Shown: positions 8,642 to 19,249 of the stretch, piece by piece
Layout: every line of letters begins with the position of its first letter
Position numbering within the stretch: position 1 is the first letter of the stretch
Notes under the pieces: model-generated
What the model was told of the DNA's origin: nothing
The model's input: only the letters and a program-made list of their open reading frames with translations
Databases searched by the model: none
NCBI GenBank assembly: GCA_965198235.1
Contig: OZ240248.1
Location: forward strand, 2,720,001-2,784,000
DNA length: 64,000 nt
Source: Candidatus Poribacteria bacterium
Lineage (GTDB): Bacteria; Poribacteria; WGA-4E; WGA-3G
Reading direction: 5' to 3'
Made by a program: the position numbers and the translations under genes

Positions 8642-10413
8642 AGGCTTATCAAAATCTTGCAAAATTCAAGCCAAATCCGATGCAAGAAGAACTTTTCTCT
8701 CGCATCGCAAACGAATATCTGAATCCTGCGCTTCTGCTCAAAGCACCCACAGGGAGCGGGAAAACGGAGGCGGTTCTCATTCCGAGCCTTAACGCCGAAC
8801 GTAGGCTTTTCCTCATTTTTCCTTCACACAGCCTCGTTGATGATCAGATTGAGCGGTGTGAAAAGTATCTCCAGTGTGCCTCCGAAAAAACAGGCAGGTC
8901 TTATGCCCTTGTAATTGACACCGGCGCGGAATCTGTTCGCACTGTTTTTAAGGATGGCGAAGCATTAGAAAAAGGGAGACGTCATCTCTACGATGGCGAT
9001 GTAATTCTCACAACATTTGACAAATTCCTGTACCGATTTTTCGGGTTTGGTGAACCTAAAAAATCTTATATTTTCCCCTTCCGTATTCACCATAGCCAAC
9101 GTCGAAATCTTTTCTGTTTTGATGAAGTACATGCTTACGATCAAGTTGCGTTTGTCAATTTTCAACGTCTTGTCAAAGCACTCTACACAGCAAATCTGGA
9201 TATGGTTGTTATGACAGCAACAATGCCTGACACCTACCAGAAGGAGTTAAATTTCTTGGATAGGGTTGATTACATTACAGGGGAAAATCAACTGAAACTG
9301 GAAAGGTGGCAGGAAAAAGAACAAAATCGACAGTATCCCGATAAGAAAATTAAACATATTGCTGCAAAGCCAAAAGAGGTTAGAAACGAAATCTGTGCCT
9401 ATGTATCTCAGCAGTATGAGTCAAGTAAGCGGACTATTGTCACCATTGAAACGATTGAGAACCTCATTCCGGTTTACCAGTATATGAAAGAGCGGAATCG
9501 CGGGGAGAACATTTTTCTTTACCACGGTCGGCTTACCAATCCACAACGCAAGAAAATTTATTGTAAACTAAAGGAGCGTGAAAACAACGATAAAGGGTAC
9601 TTGCTTTTCACAACGAGCGCTATTGAGGTGGGATGTGACCTTGACGCACATCTGCTTATCACGGAATTGTGCAATCCTGATTCGCTCATCCAACGTGCAG
9701 GAAGGTGCAATCGCAAGGGGCAGATTCCTAACGCTGAAATCGTCATTGTAGGTAACAAAATTCCCTCTTTTCTCTCTATCCTTTCTAAGGAGAAAACAGA
9801 AAAATATCTTGAGAAATTGCAGCAGCAGAGTGGAGGCAACTTCAACCCGGACGACATCCTTGTACTCATGAAATACGCGCCACACTCCGACTATAGAGCG
9901 GAAGTGCTCTTTGACATGTTATATGAATACGTCTACGAAGCCCGATTGGAGAACAAACCTTTGCACGATAGAGGGCTTGTGATTACACGGAGTTTTGAAC
10001 CCTCACTAACCCTCACAACCAAAGTGCTACAGGAGTCTGATAACCACCGACCGGAAAATGCTGTAAGTGTCTCTATTCAAAGTTGCATCACTAAGGGTGG
10101 AGAAGGTGAGTCTGTTAATCAAGATTTTAAGGTATACCAGCGATTTTATGATGAGCATCGCGAGGAATTCAAATTTGTTCAGCTTAATAGGGGCGGAAGT
10201 ATTTATTTTAAAGAACTCTTTGTTGAGGTGCCTGAATGTTACTTTTCTGAAGAGTTAGGCTATGTTGAACCGCCCAAAGTGTTTGAAGACCGCAGCACTC
10301 GGGGGTACCGGCGGAATTTTGTTTATCACAGAACTGAAGATGGCAAGCCTAAAGATATCTGGTTACACTATTTGAAAGATTTAGAGAAACCTCAGTCTGA
10401 AGATGAAGCCTAA
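8626..10413 (+). CDS. cas3': Cas3' SF2 helicase without HD domain (595 aa)
   Basis: Motifs PTGSGKTE, DEVH, MTAT, YHGRL, TSAIEVGCD and QRAGRCNR. Has its own RBS AAAGGAG before ATG 8626. Confidence 0.92.
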   Translation: MQSAIEAYQNLAKFKPNPMQEELFSRIANEYLNPALLLKAPTGSGKTEAVLIPSLNAERRLFLIFPSHSLVDDQIERCEKYLQCASEKTGRSYALVIDTGAESVRTVFKDGEALEKGRRHLYDGDVILTTFDKFLYRFFGFGEPKKSYIFPFRIHHSQRRNLFCFDEVHAYDQVAFVNFQRLVKALYTANLDMVVMTATMPDTYQKELNFLDRVDYITGENQLKLERWQEKEQNRQYPDKKIKHIAAKPKEVRNEICAYVSQQYESSKRTIVTIETIENLIPVYQYMKERNRGENIFLYHGRLTNPQRKKIYCKLKERENNDKGYLLFTTSAIEVGCDLDAHLLITELCNPDSLIQRAGRCNRKGQIPNAEIVIVGNKIPSFLSILSKEKTEKYLEKLQQQSGGNFNPDDILVLMKYAPHSDYRAEVLFDMLYEYVYEARLENKPLHDRGLVITRSFEPSLTLTTKVLQESDNHRPENAVSVSIQSCITKGGEGESVNQDFKVYQRFYDEHREEFKFVQLNRGGSIYFKELFVEVPECYFSEELGYVEPPKVFEDRSTRGYRRNFVYHRTEDGKPKDIWLHYLKDLEKPQSEDEA

Positions 10414-10515
10414 CTCCCACCCTCGGAACCGCTTGAAACAGAAAACCGTAAAACGGCGGAATCAGTCCTTTCGCCTCCAGAAGAGGGTGAACAGTTGAGC
10501 CTATTTGAGCATTGA
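10414..10515 (+). other. 33-codon in-frame continuation after the cas3' stop, ending QLSLFEH
   Basis: Reads LPPSEPLETENRKTAESVLSPPEEGEQLSLFEH. TGA at 10513-10515 lies immediately before the cas6 RBS. Confidence 0.6.
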
Positions 10516-10530
10516 TTAAGGAGACCATCC

Positions 10531-11361
10531 ATGCCCATCAGCACACTCATCTCACTCATACCGGAAACCGATGTAACACTCCGCCCAACGATGGGACACC
10601 ATGCACACGCCGCGTTTCTCGCGATCATTCGGAAAAGCGACCCGAACCTCGCAAAAACGCTCCACGCACAATCGGCGCAAAAACCGTTTACGGTTTCACC
10701 ACTCATCGCAGCCGCAAAAAAGCGCGATAATCAGCTGCACATCATGGCAGGCACCGAGTGCAAACTCCGATTCACGTTTCTTGAGGATACGCTCTTTACA
10801 GCCTTCGGGCGCGCTTTTTTAACATTTGAATTGCCCACGATTCGACTCGGAGAAGCGACCTTTCAGGTGAAGCAATGGGTTTCACACGCCACGGAGGAGC
10901 GGAGTTGGAGCGGGAGCGCAACGTACGCAGAACTCATCCAATCCGCAAAAACCGATACACAAATGTCTTTCCGATTCTATTCACCGACAGCCTTTCGACG
11001 GCTGACACCGCGCGGGCAGCAAACCCGTAGCGACGCGTACCCCGATCTCGTGCGCTGCTATCAGAGCTGGGTCAATAAGTGGAATGCCTTCGCACCCATA
11101 AAACTTGACAGAACCGAAATCCTCGCCTTCATTACGGAGTATGGACAGGTGACGAGCATAACAACGAAATCACGAGCACTTAACTTCGGAAAGCATACCG
11201 AGATCGGGTGGGTTGGCACGTATGCGTGTGTCTTCTATCCAGAAGATTCGCTTGACCCCGATCTGCGCCGGGCAGTCAACTGCTTAGCAGCTTTCGCTTT
11301 CTACTGCGGCACCGGCTACAAAACCACCATGGGAATGGGACAGACGAGGCGGGTTGATTGA
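10531..11361 (+). CDS. cas6: Cas6 crRNA endoribonuclease
   Basis: KPFTVS, FYSPTAF and C-terminal G-loop FAFYCGTGYKTTMGMG. Confidence 0.95.
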   Translation: MPISTLISLIPETDVTLRPTMGHHAHAAFLAIIRKSDPNLAKTLHAQSAQKPFTVSPLIAAAKKRDNQLHIMAGTECKLRFTFLEDTLFTAFGRAFLTFELPTIRLGEATFQVKQWVSHATEERSWSGSATYAELIQSAKTDTQMSFRFYSPTAFRRLTPRGQQTRSDAYPDLVRCYQSWVNKWNAFAPIKLDRTEILAFITEYGQVTSITTKSRALNFGKHTEIGWVGTYACVFYPEDSLDPDLRRAVNCLAAFAFYCGTGYKTTMGMGQTRRVD

Positions 11362-11381
11362 GACTGAAGGAGCACTGAACG

Positions 11382-13019
11382 ATGTCAGAAACCTATATAC
11401 CACTTTCACAGATAAACACTTACGTCTTCTGTCCTCGGCGATTCTACTATGAATCTGTTGAAGGGCATCAGGTCGTTAATGACCACATCGAAGAAGGCAA
11501 AATCAAGCACGAACATGTCCATACAGCAGTGACAGACCGGAAAAAAGGAGATAAGACTATCTCTCGACGGCAATACCTTGCTTCGGATACACTCGGCGTG
11601 TCTGGCTACACCGACCTCGTTGAGGAGAAAGACGGCATCCCATACCCTGTTGAATTCAAAAAGGCGGGTATGGGGAATTGGCGTAATGATCAGGTTCAAC
11701 TCTGTTTGCAAGGACTCTTACTGGAGGAGAAAACAGGGATTTCAATTCCGCACGGCTATGTCTTTTACATCGGCTCAAAACGGCGGCGGAAGGTTCCGTT
11801 TGACAAGGAACTCCGTGAGGCAACACTCCGGTATGTAGCGGAGGCACACTCGCTACTTGACTCACGTAAAATTCCGAAACCCATTCACGATAATCGATGC
11901 AATGGCTGTAGCGTCCGCCCGATTTGTCTACCTGATGAGATCGCTTATCTCCACGAATTAGATGAGCGACCAAAACGTATCAAACCCGCGCTCGGCATTG
12001 ATAATGTCCTATACATCGATGAACAGGGGTGTGCTATCAAAAAGACCGGAGAACGCATCCTCGTCGTTAAAGAGGACGAAATTCTCCGTGATATTCCATT
12101 AATCCATCTCGGTCAGGTAGTCATCTCTGGCAACGTTAACCTCACCACACCAGCAATGCAAACACTCTTGCACGAAGGGATTCCAGTTGTTTTCCTCTCC
12201 GCCTATGGACGATACCATGGCGCATTGACACCACAAGTGTCTCGGAATTCTCTTTTACGGAGCGCGCAGCATAGAGTTGCAAATAGTCCGGACGCGTGCC
12301 TTGATCTCTCAAAAGCGTTTGTTCATGGGAAATTGGCGAACATGCGGACGATGCTGCAACGTCGGAAATGGCAGGCGACAGACGCTACAGATTCGGCATT
12401 GGAACCTTTGTTGACTAACATTAAAGCGATACAAGCAATGGAAAAGCGTATTGGTAAGTCAACTGAACTTCCAGAGTTATTGGGAATCGAAGGAAACGCT
12501 TCTGCGGCGTATTTTGGAGCATTCGGTTTCATGCTGAAAGAGGAAATGGGTTTTGATTTCCAGCGGCGGAGTCGGCGTCCACCAGCGGATGCGACGAACG
12601 CACTACTGAGTTTCGCTTATTCATTACTGACAGCCGATCTCATGTCTGCAATCCAGACGGTCGGGTTAGACCCTTATGTCGGTTTCTTTCACCAGATCAA
12701 GTATGGTAAACCGTGCCTCGCACTTGATTTGATGGAGGAATTCCGTCCCATTATTGCGGATTCAGTTGTGATTACACTCATCAACAACCGCCGTATCAAG
12801 CCTACAGATTTCACGCAATCCCACGGGGGCTGGTATCTAAAGGAGAATTGTCGGAAAGTGTTTTACGCCGCATACGAGACGCGGAAAAATGAGACCATTA
12901 CACACCCTGTTTTTAAATATAAGCTCACATTTCGCCGGGCAATGGAATTACAGGTACGCTTGCTGGCGAAATATCTCACAGGCGAAATTGAACAGTATAC
13001 ACCGTTGACGGTTCGGTAG
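11382..13019 (+). CDS. cas4-cas1: Cas4-Cas1 fusion
   Basis: Cas4 part: CPRR, GYTD...PVEFK, QLCLQ, CNGCSVRPIC. Cas1 part: GIEGNAS, NALLSFAY, GFFH, DLMEEFRP. Confidence 0.95.
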   Translation: MSETYIPLSQINTYVFCPRRFYYESVEGHQVVNDHIEEGKIKHEHVHTAVTDRKKGDKTISRRQYLASDTLGVSGYTDLVEEKDGIPYPVEFKKAGMGNWRNDQVQLCLQGLLLEEKTGISIPHGYVFYIGSKRRRKVPFDKELREATLRYVAEAHSLLDSRKIPKPIHDNRCNGCSVRPICLPDEIAYLHELDERPKRIKPALGIDNVLYIDEQGCAIKKTGERILVVKEDEILRDIPLIHLGQVVISGNVNLTTPAMQTLLHEGIPVVFLSAYGRYHGALTPQVSRNSLLRSAQHRVANSPDACLDLSKAFVHGKLANMRTMLQRRKWQATDATDSALEPLLTNIKAIQAMEKRIGKSTELPELLGIEGNASAAYFGAFGFMLKEEMGFDFQRRSRRPPADATNALLSFAYSLLTADLMSAIQTVGLDPYVGFFHQIKYGKPCLALDLMEEFRPIIADSVVITLINNRRIKPTDFTQSHGGWYLKENCRKVFYAAYETRKNETITHPVFKYKLTFRRAMELQVRLLAKYLTGEIEQYTPLTVR

Positions 13020-13043
13020 AATTATGGTGAATTATAAAAATAA

Positions 13044-13244
13044 TAGGACTTACGCATTCTCTCTTAAAGTCCCCCTGATAAGGGGCGGGGAATGCCATAC
13101 GGGGAATGCCATACGGCATTCATACCGTTGATTCGCATTCATACCCGGGGAAGCCCACATGGGCTTCATACCGTTGATTCTGATTCTTTAGGGGGTTAAA
13201 TACAACGAAATATGCCCTTTTCTGTTCAATTTGCGTAAGTCCTG
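13044..13244. mobile_element. MITE-like element, family A, between cas1 and cas2, with nested palindromic units
   Basis: TIRs TAGGACTTACGCA and TGCGTAAGTCCTG; direct repeat AAATAA at 13038-13043 and 13245-13250. Confidence 0.75.
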
Positions 13245-13415
13245 AAATAAATAGACACTTCAGCGAACGATGGATGAGAATGCGTCCTTGCGCCCCTGTC
13301 TCTCCTCCCTTCTACCCTTCCGTTGGATGAGAGTATACGGGCGTAGAGAAGCATATTCTCTTTCATCCTTGTCACTATGTGAATTTCAGGAAGGAAAATT
13401 AATGAGGAATCACTA

Positions 13416-13688
13416 ATGCATTACACAGTTGCTTACGATATTACAAATGACAAACGACGGAATAGGGTTGCTAAAATACTGAAGGATTTTGGGACCCGCA
13501 TCCAATATAGTGTTTTTGAATGTGACACGGATCGGCGCGCACTACTACGCTTGCAGGACCGATTGAAAAAGACAATCAATTTGGGAGAGGATACAATCAC
13601 CTTCTACCATCTCTGTGCGGCGTGTGAAAAACAGATTGACCGGATAGGCATAAAAAAAGGGCTTGACAAACAGTCGTATATCGTGTAG
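13416..13688 (+). CDS. cas2: Cas2
   Basis: VAYDITNDKRR...RIQYSVFEC, 90 aa. Confidence 0.95.
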   Translation: MHYTVAYDITNDKRRNRVAKILKDFGTRIQYSVFECDTDRRALLRLQDRLKKTINLGEDTITFYHLCAACEKQIDRIGIKKGLDKQSYIV

Positions 13689-13886
13689 AGTTAGGTATCA
13701 ACAAATTTCTGTGCGCGAAAGCGGACCGAAAAACCTGTAACCCTCACAGAAAGGCGGGAAACCTTATGATTCGTGCTTTCACGCTTTCCTTAGAATATTT
13801 CTGGCGGCTGGGGTTAGGACAAAATACCTCGCTCGCGGAAATACCCATAATTGAGGCACGTCTGGTATGGCTTCCGGTGGGGCGGA
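13689..13886 (+). promoter_or_regulatory. CRISPR leader
   Basis: Non-coding 198 bp between cas2 and the first repeat. The degenerate repeat is at the opposite end of the array. Confidence 0.75.
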
Positions 13887-16800
13887 CTTGAAACGAAAAG
13901 CATCTCGATTACGAGATTGAAACATGTTCTGGTCAATTGCCCATCGTAGCGAAACCCGTAAGGACTTGAAACGAAAAGCATCTCGATTACGAGATTGAAA
14001 CTGAAAAAGGATTCTGTACTCTTAATTCTGGAGAGAAATCGCTTGAAACGAAAAGCATCTCGATTACGAGATTGAAACTAAGTTTAAGTGCCTTCTGCCA
14101 ACCGGGGAATTGGCTTGAAACGAAAAGCATCTCGATTACGAGATTGAAACCTTCATGGGACATGTGATGCATATAGTGACGTATGTGCTTGAAACGAAAA
14201 GCATCTCGATTACGAGATTGAAACAAAAGCATAATCAAAAGTATCATAAGGAAACGGAATTTTCTTGAAACGAAAAGCATCTCGATTACGAGATTGAAAC
14301 AAGATGTGATGTTGATTCAAATAGACGAATTTCCCTATGCTTGAAACGAAAAGCATCTCGATTACGAGATTGAAACATGTGTATCCTACAGCACCACCAT
14401 AAGGAGTAGGTAGACTTGAAACGAAAAGCATCTCGATTACGAGATTGAAACAAGAAAATATCAAAAAATGGGGCGAGTGCCCAATCTCACTTGAAACGAA
14501 AAGCATCTCGATTACGAGATTGAAACAATGAGGTATTCAAGACCGGGTGTTTCTGAGACGATAACCTTGAAACGAAAAGCATCTCGATTACGAGATTGAA
14601 ACGAGACGATAGCAACTCCAGTCAGCGACAACCCGTTAGGCTTGAAACGAAAAGCATCTCGATTACGAGATTGAAACTGAAACCGACTTGTCTGCGTTGC
14701 GGACGTTGAAACCCGCTTCCTTGAAACGAAAAGCATCTCGATTACGAGATTGAAACTAAGAATAACTTCTACGTCAAGACAAATACTCAGTTCCTTGAAA
14801 CGAAAAGCATCTCGATTACGAGATTGAAACAAGATGATATGAGTATTCGCCGGAAATTGCGGGCGGGCTTGAAACGAAAAGCATCTCGATTACGAGATTG
14901 AAACAATATCATATTTCTGATGATACAATCGTCATCAGAAAACTTGAAACGAAAAGCATCTCGATTACGAGATTGAAACAGGGTACTGAACGCAGTGTCC
15001 GACTTCGCTTCGTATTCTTGAAACGAAAAGCATCTCGATTACGAGATTGAAACCCATATACTTCTATGTCGCTGAAATTGGCATTGCGATCTATACCTTG
15101 AAACGAAAAGCATCTCGATTACGAGATTGAAACGAAGGATTAGGACGGGTAGGGGACAGCGTAAATATACGCTTGAAACGAAAAGCATCTCGATTACGAG
15201 ATTGAAACTGAACACTACGTGCCAGCGTCACGATTGACACTAAAGGAGCCTTGAAACGAAAAGCATCTCGATTACGAGATTGAAACTCGATCGTCGTTAT
15301 CCGAAAGCATGCTTGCCGGCGGTTTCTTACTTGAAACGAAAAGCATCTCGATTACGAGATTGAAACATTGGAATGATGCCGCGACGGAGTTGTTGAAATC
15401 TCTTGAAACGAAAAGCATCTCGATTACGAGATTGAAACACCCGTAATGCTTCAATGACCCTATGGGGTCATCCCTACTTGAAACGAAAAGCATCTCGATT
15501 ACGAGATTGAAACTTGATTTTGACTTCAGGTATCGGTTTGGTTCGGATTTCTTGAAACGAAAAGCATCTCGATTACGAGATTGAAACTCTTGCTAACTTC
15601 CCATCATGGGAGCAGTTTTTGCGGACTTGAAACGAAAAGCATCTCGATTACGAGATTGAAACTTGGGAAAAGCAGGCAGCGTTACAGGGGAAGACTTTAC
15701 TTGAAACGAAAAGCATCTCGATTACGAGATTGAAACCTGAATCGGGGATCACTTTATCATCAAAGCCTCTTTTTCTTGAAACGAAAAGCATCTCGATTAC
15801 GAGATTGAAACGAAGCATTTGGAACACTAACGAAATGGGATGCATTGCGCTTGAAACGAAAAGCATCTCGATTACGAGATTGAAACATGCTAATGATACG
15901 ATCATGCTACAACGAAACCAACTTGAAACGAAAAGCATCTCGATTACGAGATTGAAACGATTACTGCTGCGAGGTCTATGTATTGGTTGTTTTTGTCGCT
16001 TGAAACGAAAAGCATCTCGATTACGAGATTGAAACTACAGTCAACTCTATGCGGTAACTCACGCCAAAATCGACTTGAAACGAAAAGCATCTCGATTACG
16101 AGATTGAAACCTCAAGGTATCGCAGGAAGTCGGTGTCGGTGTCAAGCTTGAAACGAAAAGCATCTCGATTACGAGATTGAAACAAAACCGGTAGCGACAT
16201 GGAAGCGGAAGCGGACGAAACTTGAAACGAAAAGCATCTCGATTACGAGATTGAAACTGGTAAGTTACCCGATACGTGTCCAACTGATACGACTCCACTT
16301 GAAACGAAAAGCATCTCGATTACGAGATTGAAACCCCGCGTCAATATCCGCCGCGCTTGCCATGCTGTCCTTGAAACGAAAAGCATCTCGATTACGAGAT
16401 TGAAACAAAAGAAAGAAATAACCTCATCAATGAGATGGCAGACTTGAAACGAAAAGCATCTCGATTACGAGATTGAAACAAACACGGGGAAAAGGCTCTC
16501 CCAGTGGCGGCCGTCTTCTAATCTTGAAACGAAAAGCATCTCGATTACGAGATTGAAACACTATTGAGTTCGGGTCTGAGGGGTGGAATATCATCTCACT
16601 TGAAACGAAAAGCATCTCGATTACGAGATTGAAACTATGGCAAGATTTAGAGATTCAGATAGACCCTTATACGCTTGAAACGAAAAGCATCTCGATTACG
16701 AGATTGAAACGACAGAGCGATAAACTTGATACCTTCCCAAGCGATTTGTCTTGAAACGAAAAGCATCTCGATTACGAGATTGAAACACATCTTCAGTCTG

Positions 16801-18140
16801 CGTCTGTGCAGCGACACTGCCCGTTCTTGAAACGAAAAGCATCTCGATTACGAGATTGAAACCCGGATAGCACCACCGTCGGTATATCAAACTTGCCTAC
16901 TTGAAACGAAAAGCATCTCGATTACGAGATTGAAACGAAATATATGCTGGCGATACGTCTGATAGAATTGCTAACTTGAAACGAAAAGCATCTCGATTAC
17001 GAGATTGAAACGTCAGTTATATCGTCATGATGGGAAAGGTATCTGCTGACCTTGAAACGAAAAGCATCTCGATTACGAGATTGAAACCCGTCAGGTTCTC
17101 AAGTCGTTTCTCAAGAGATACCCCTTGAAACGAAAAGCATCTCGATTACGAGATTGAAACTAAAATAAGCGCGCCCGCAATCATTATCGTTTCTTGTACT
17201 TGAAACGAAAAGCATCTCGATTACGAGATTGAAACCCTTGTGTCCCGCGCCTTCACGCCTCGTTACCCCAGTAATCTTGAAACGAAAAGCATCTCGATTA
17301 CGAGATTGAAACAACCCTAAAGACGAGGGGCTTGATTTCGGACCCCGTGCGCTTGAAACGAAAAGCATCTCGATTACGAGATTGAAACAATTTGCACGCG
17401 AAACCCCAGTGGAGAGTGCCGTCGCTTGAAACGAAAAGCATCTCGATTACGAGATTGAAACACCGCATCTGAAATTAAGCGATCGACGTTTTGCGCGACT
17501 TGAAACGAAAAGCATCTCGATTACGAGATTGAAACCGTCTATCATACTGTTCGCACATTCCAAAACCCCGCAAACTTGAAACGAAAAGCATCTCGATTAC
17601 GAGATTGAAACTGCGGTGATATTCACTTGAACGGCTGAAATCCGTTCAACTTGAAACGAAAAGCATCTCGATTACGAGATTGAAACGCATGAGGAAGGGA
17701 ATGACGAAACGAATCTGTCGGCGCCTTGAAACGAAAAGCATCTCGATTACGAGATTGAAACTCTTTTGGTTGCGAATTGGCAAGAGATAAAGCCATAACC
17801 TTGAAACGAAAAGCATCTCGATTACGAGATTGAAACGATATTGCCAAGCGGGTTCTGATGAATCAGTTAAACTTGAAACGAAAAGCATCTCGATTACGAG
17901 ATTGAAACTCTACCTGTTCAATGAAACCAACAACATTTTCTACAAGGTCGATCCTGACTTGAAACGAAAAGCATCTCGATTACGAGATTGAAACGCTTGT
18001 GACGACCACGGATGGCACGGTTGTTTTGCCTTGAAACGAAAAGCATCTCGATTACGAGATTGAAACCTTACGAAACGGGCACTCGCCAGACTGCATCCAT
18101 GCCTTCTTGAACCAACAAATACTCGATTCCGATATAAAAC
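13887..18140 (+). CRISPR. CRISPR array: 56 identical 37-bp repeats CTTGAAACGAAAAGCATCTCGATTACGAGATTGAAAC, one degenerate terminal repeat, 56 spacers
   Basis: Counted by eye from 13887 to 18066. Degenerate copy CTTGAACCAACAAATACTCGATTCCGATATAAAAC at 18106-18140. Spacers mostly 35-43 nt, one 49 nt. 3' ATTGAAAC handle and CTCG-ATTA-CGAG hairpin. Confidence 0.99.
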
Positions 18141-18214
18141 TCACCAATTTTCCAATCTTCTCCCTTCCATCCAACAACATTCGTCCAAAATGCGCGAAAG
18201 AAGTCAAAAAATAT

Positions 18215-18243
18215 TTGCATTCAACCGTTTTTTATGATATACT
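18215..18243 (+). promoter_or_regulatory. Candidate sigma70 promoter
   Basis: TTGCAT, 17 nt spacer, TATACT with a TG extension, upstream of the 18320 ORF. Confidence 0.55.
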
Positions 18244-18319
18244 TAAAATAGTTATACTTAATAGAGTTTGTCTACATAATCGGAAGCGTTATACTTTCCC
18301 TAATAATGGAGGGTAGAAA

Positions 18320-19249
18320 ATGGCTACAGAAAACGCGAACACGCCACGCAAGACATCGCTGCTTGAATATTTTTTGCCGGAGAGGGCCGCGGAGATGCGT
18401 TCAGATTTGGAGAACTTGTTCGCTACCTTGCAGGGTGATGAACTTCTGGAAGCGGTTATTGAACGGCTCCAGCGGTATGCAATCGAAGGATTAGATGAGT
18501 CTGCTCTCTTGAATTTCAGACGTTACAAATCACCGCATATCTTAGGAACAATCAGAGAGACCGTCTCTGAAGAATTGATGGAATGGATCTCAAATTTTAT
18601 CTCGGACGTACACCGAGAGTTTATTGTCCGTTGTCATGCACGAGGGCTCTCTACTTCCGAGGCAGTTTGGGCGTTGATGCAGGAAGACAAGACGCTGAGT
18701 CGCTTGGCACAGGAAGATGTGATGGGGTCGAGGAGTCTCCGGCGTACATTAGTTACACGGTTGGCATATCTGAAACCGGGCACCGCACGGTGGCCTGAGA
18801 GAAAATACGGCGCAATCTGGCGCGAGGCGCGGGAACAGCATAAACAGGAAATACGTGATATTCCACTCACATCGCCAATGGAACAGGTTGCATTATTAGC
18901 CAAGCACGCAGATTATATTAACGAAATGTTAGATGATAGTAATCATTCTGTGAAAGATTTTCAATTGTTGACGGATGCGTTGGTTAAAACGGTGGAAGCT
19001 CTACAGAAGTTGTCTTCGATTGAACAGCAGGTACCGCCGAACTTATCTGGGACACAGCTCGTCGCTGTCTTAGAACGGTTAACACTCGCGTTGGATACAC
19101 CCGAACAATTCGCACTCACCGGCAACACTGAGGCACTTGTTGGGGTTCTGGAGCGGTTAACAGTTGCTTTGAAGTCATCTGATCACAAGGTGATTGCGGG
19201 CAAAACTGAAAGCGTGCCTATAGATACGGGTGCGGACAATCCGGCGTGA
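18320..19249 (+). CDS. Hypothetical protein with DUF2280-like (phage-associated) central domain
   Basis: RBS GGAGG. REFIVRCHARGLSTSEAV...KYGAIWREAREQHKQEIRDIP resembles DUF2280 as I remember it. Confidence 0.55.
   Translation: MATENANTPRKTSLLEYFLPERAAEMRSDLENLFATLQGDELLEAVIERLQRYAIEGLDESALLNFRRYKSPHILGTIRETVSEELMEWISNFISDVHREFIVRCHARGLSTSEAVWALMQEDKTLSRLAQEDVMGSRSLRRTLVTRLAYLKPGTARWPERKYGAIWREAREQHKQEIRDIPLTSPMEQVALLAKHADYINEMLDDSNHSVKDFQLLTDALVKTVEALQKLSSIEQQVPPNLSGTQLVAVLERLTLALDTPEQFALTGNTEALVGVLERLTVALKSSDHKVIAGKTESVPIDTGADNPA

Noticed and set aside
10430-10460. CTTGAAACAGAAAA resembling the repeat 5' end, as a possible mini-array between cas3' and cas6
   Set aside because: Only about 13 nt are similar, with no repeat hairpin or second copy. 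The in-frame coding tail explains the region better.
13987-17888. Many short ORFs on both strands across the array
   Set aside because: They are translations of the repeat (FNLVIEMLFVS, FQSRNRDAFRFK, LETKSISITRLK), not genes.
13924-18105. Apparent antisense bias of spacers (for example spacer 1 reverse reads PYGFRYDG) and possible self-targeting
   Set aside because: Other spacers read as coding on the sense strand. No match in the window was seen by eye. Protospacer mapping is needed.
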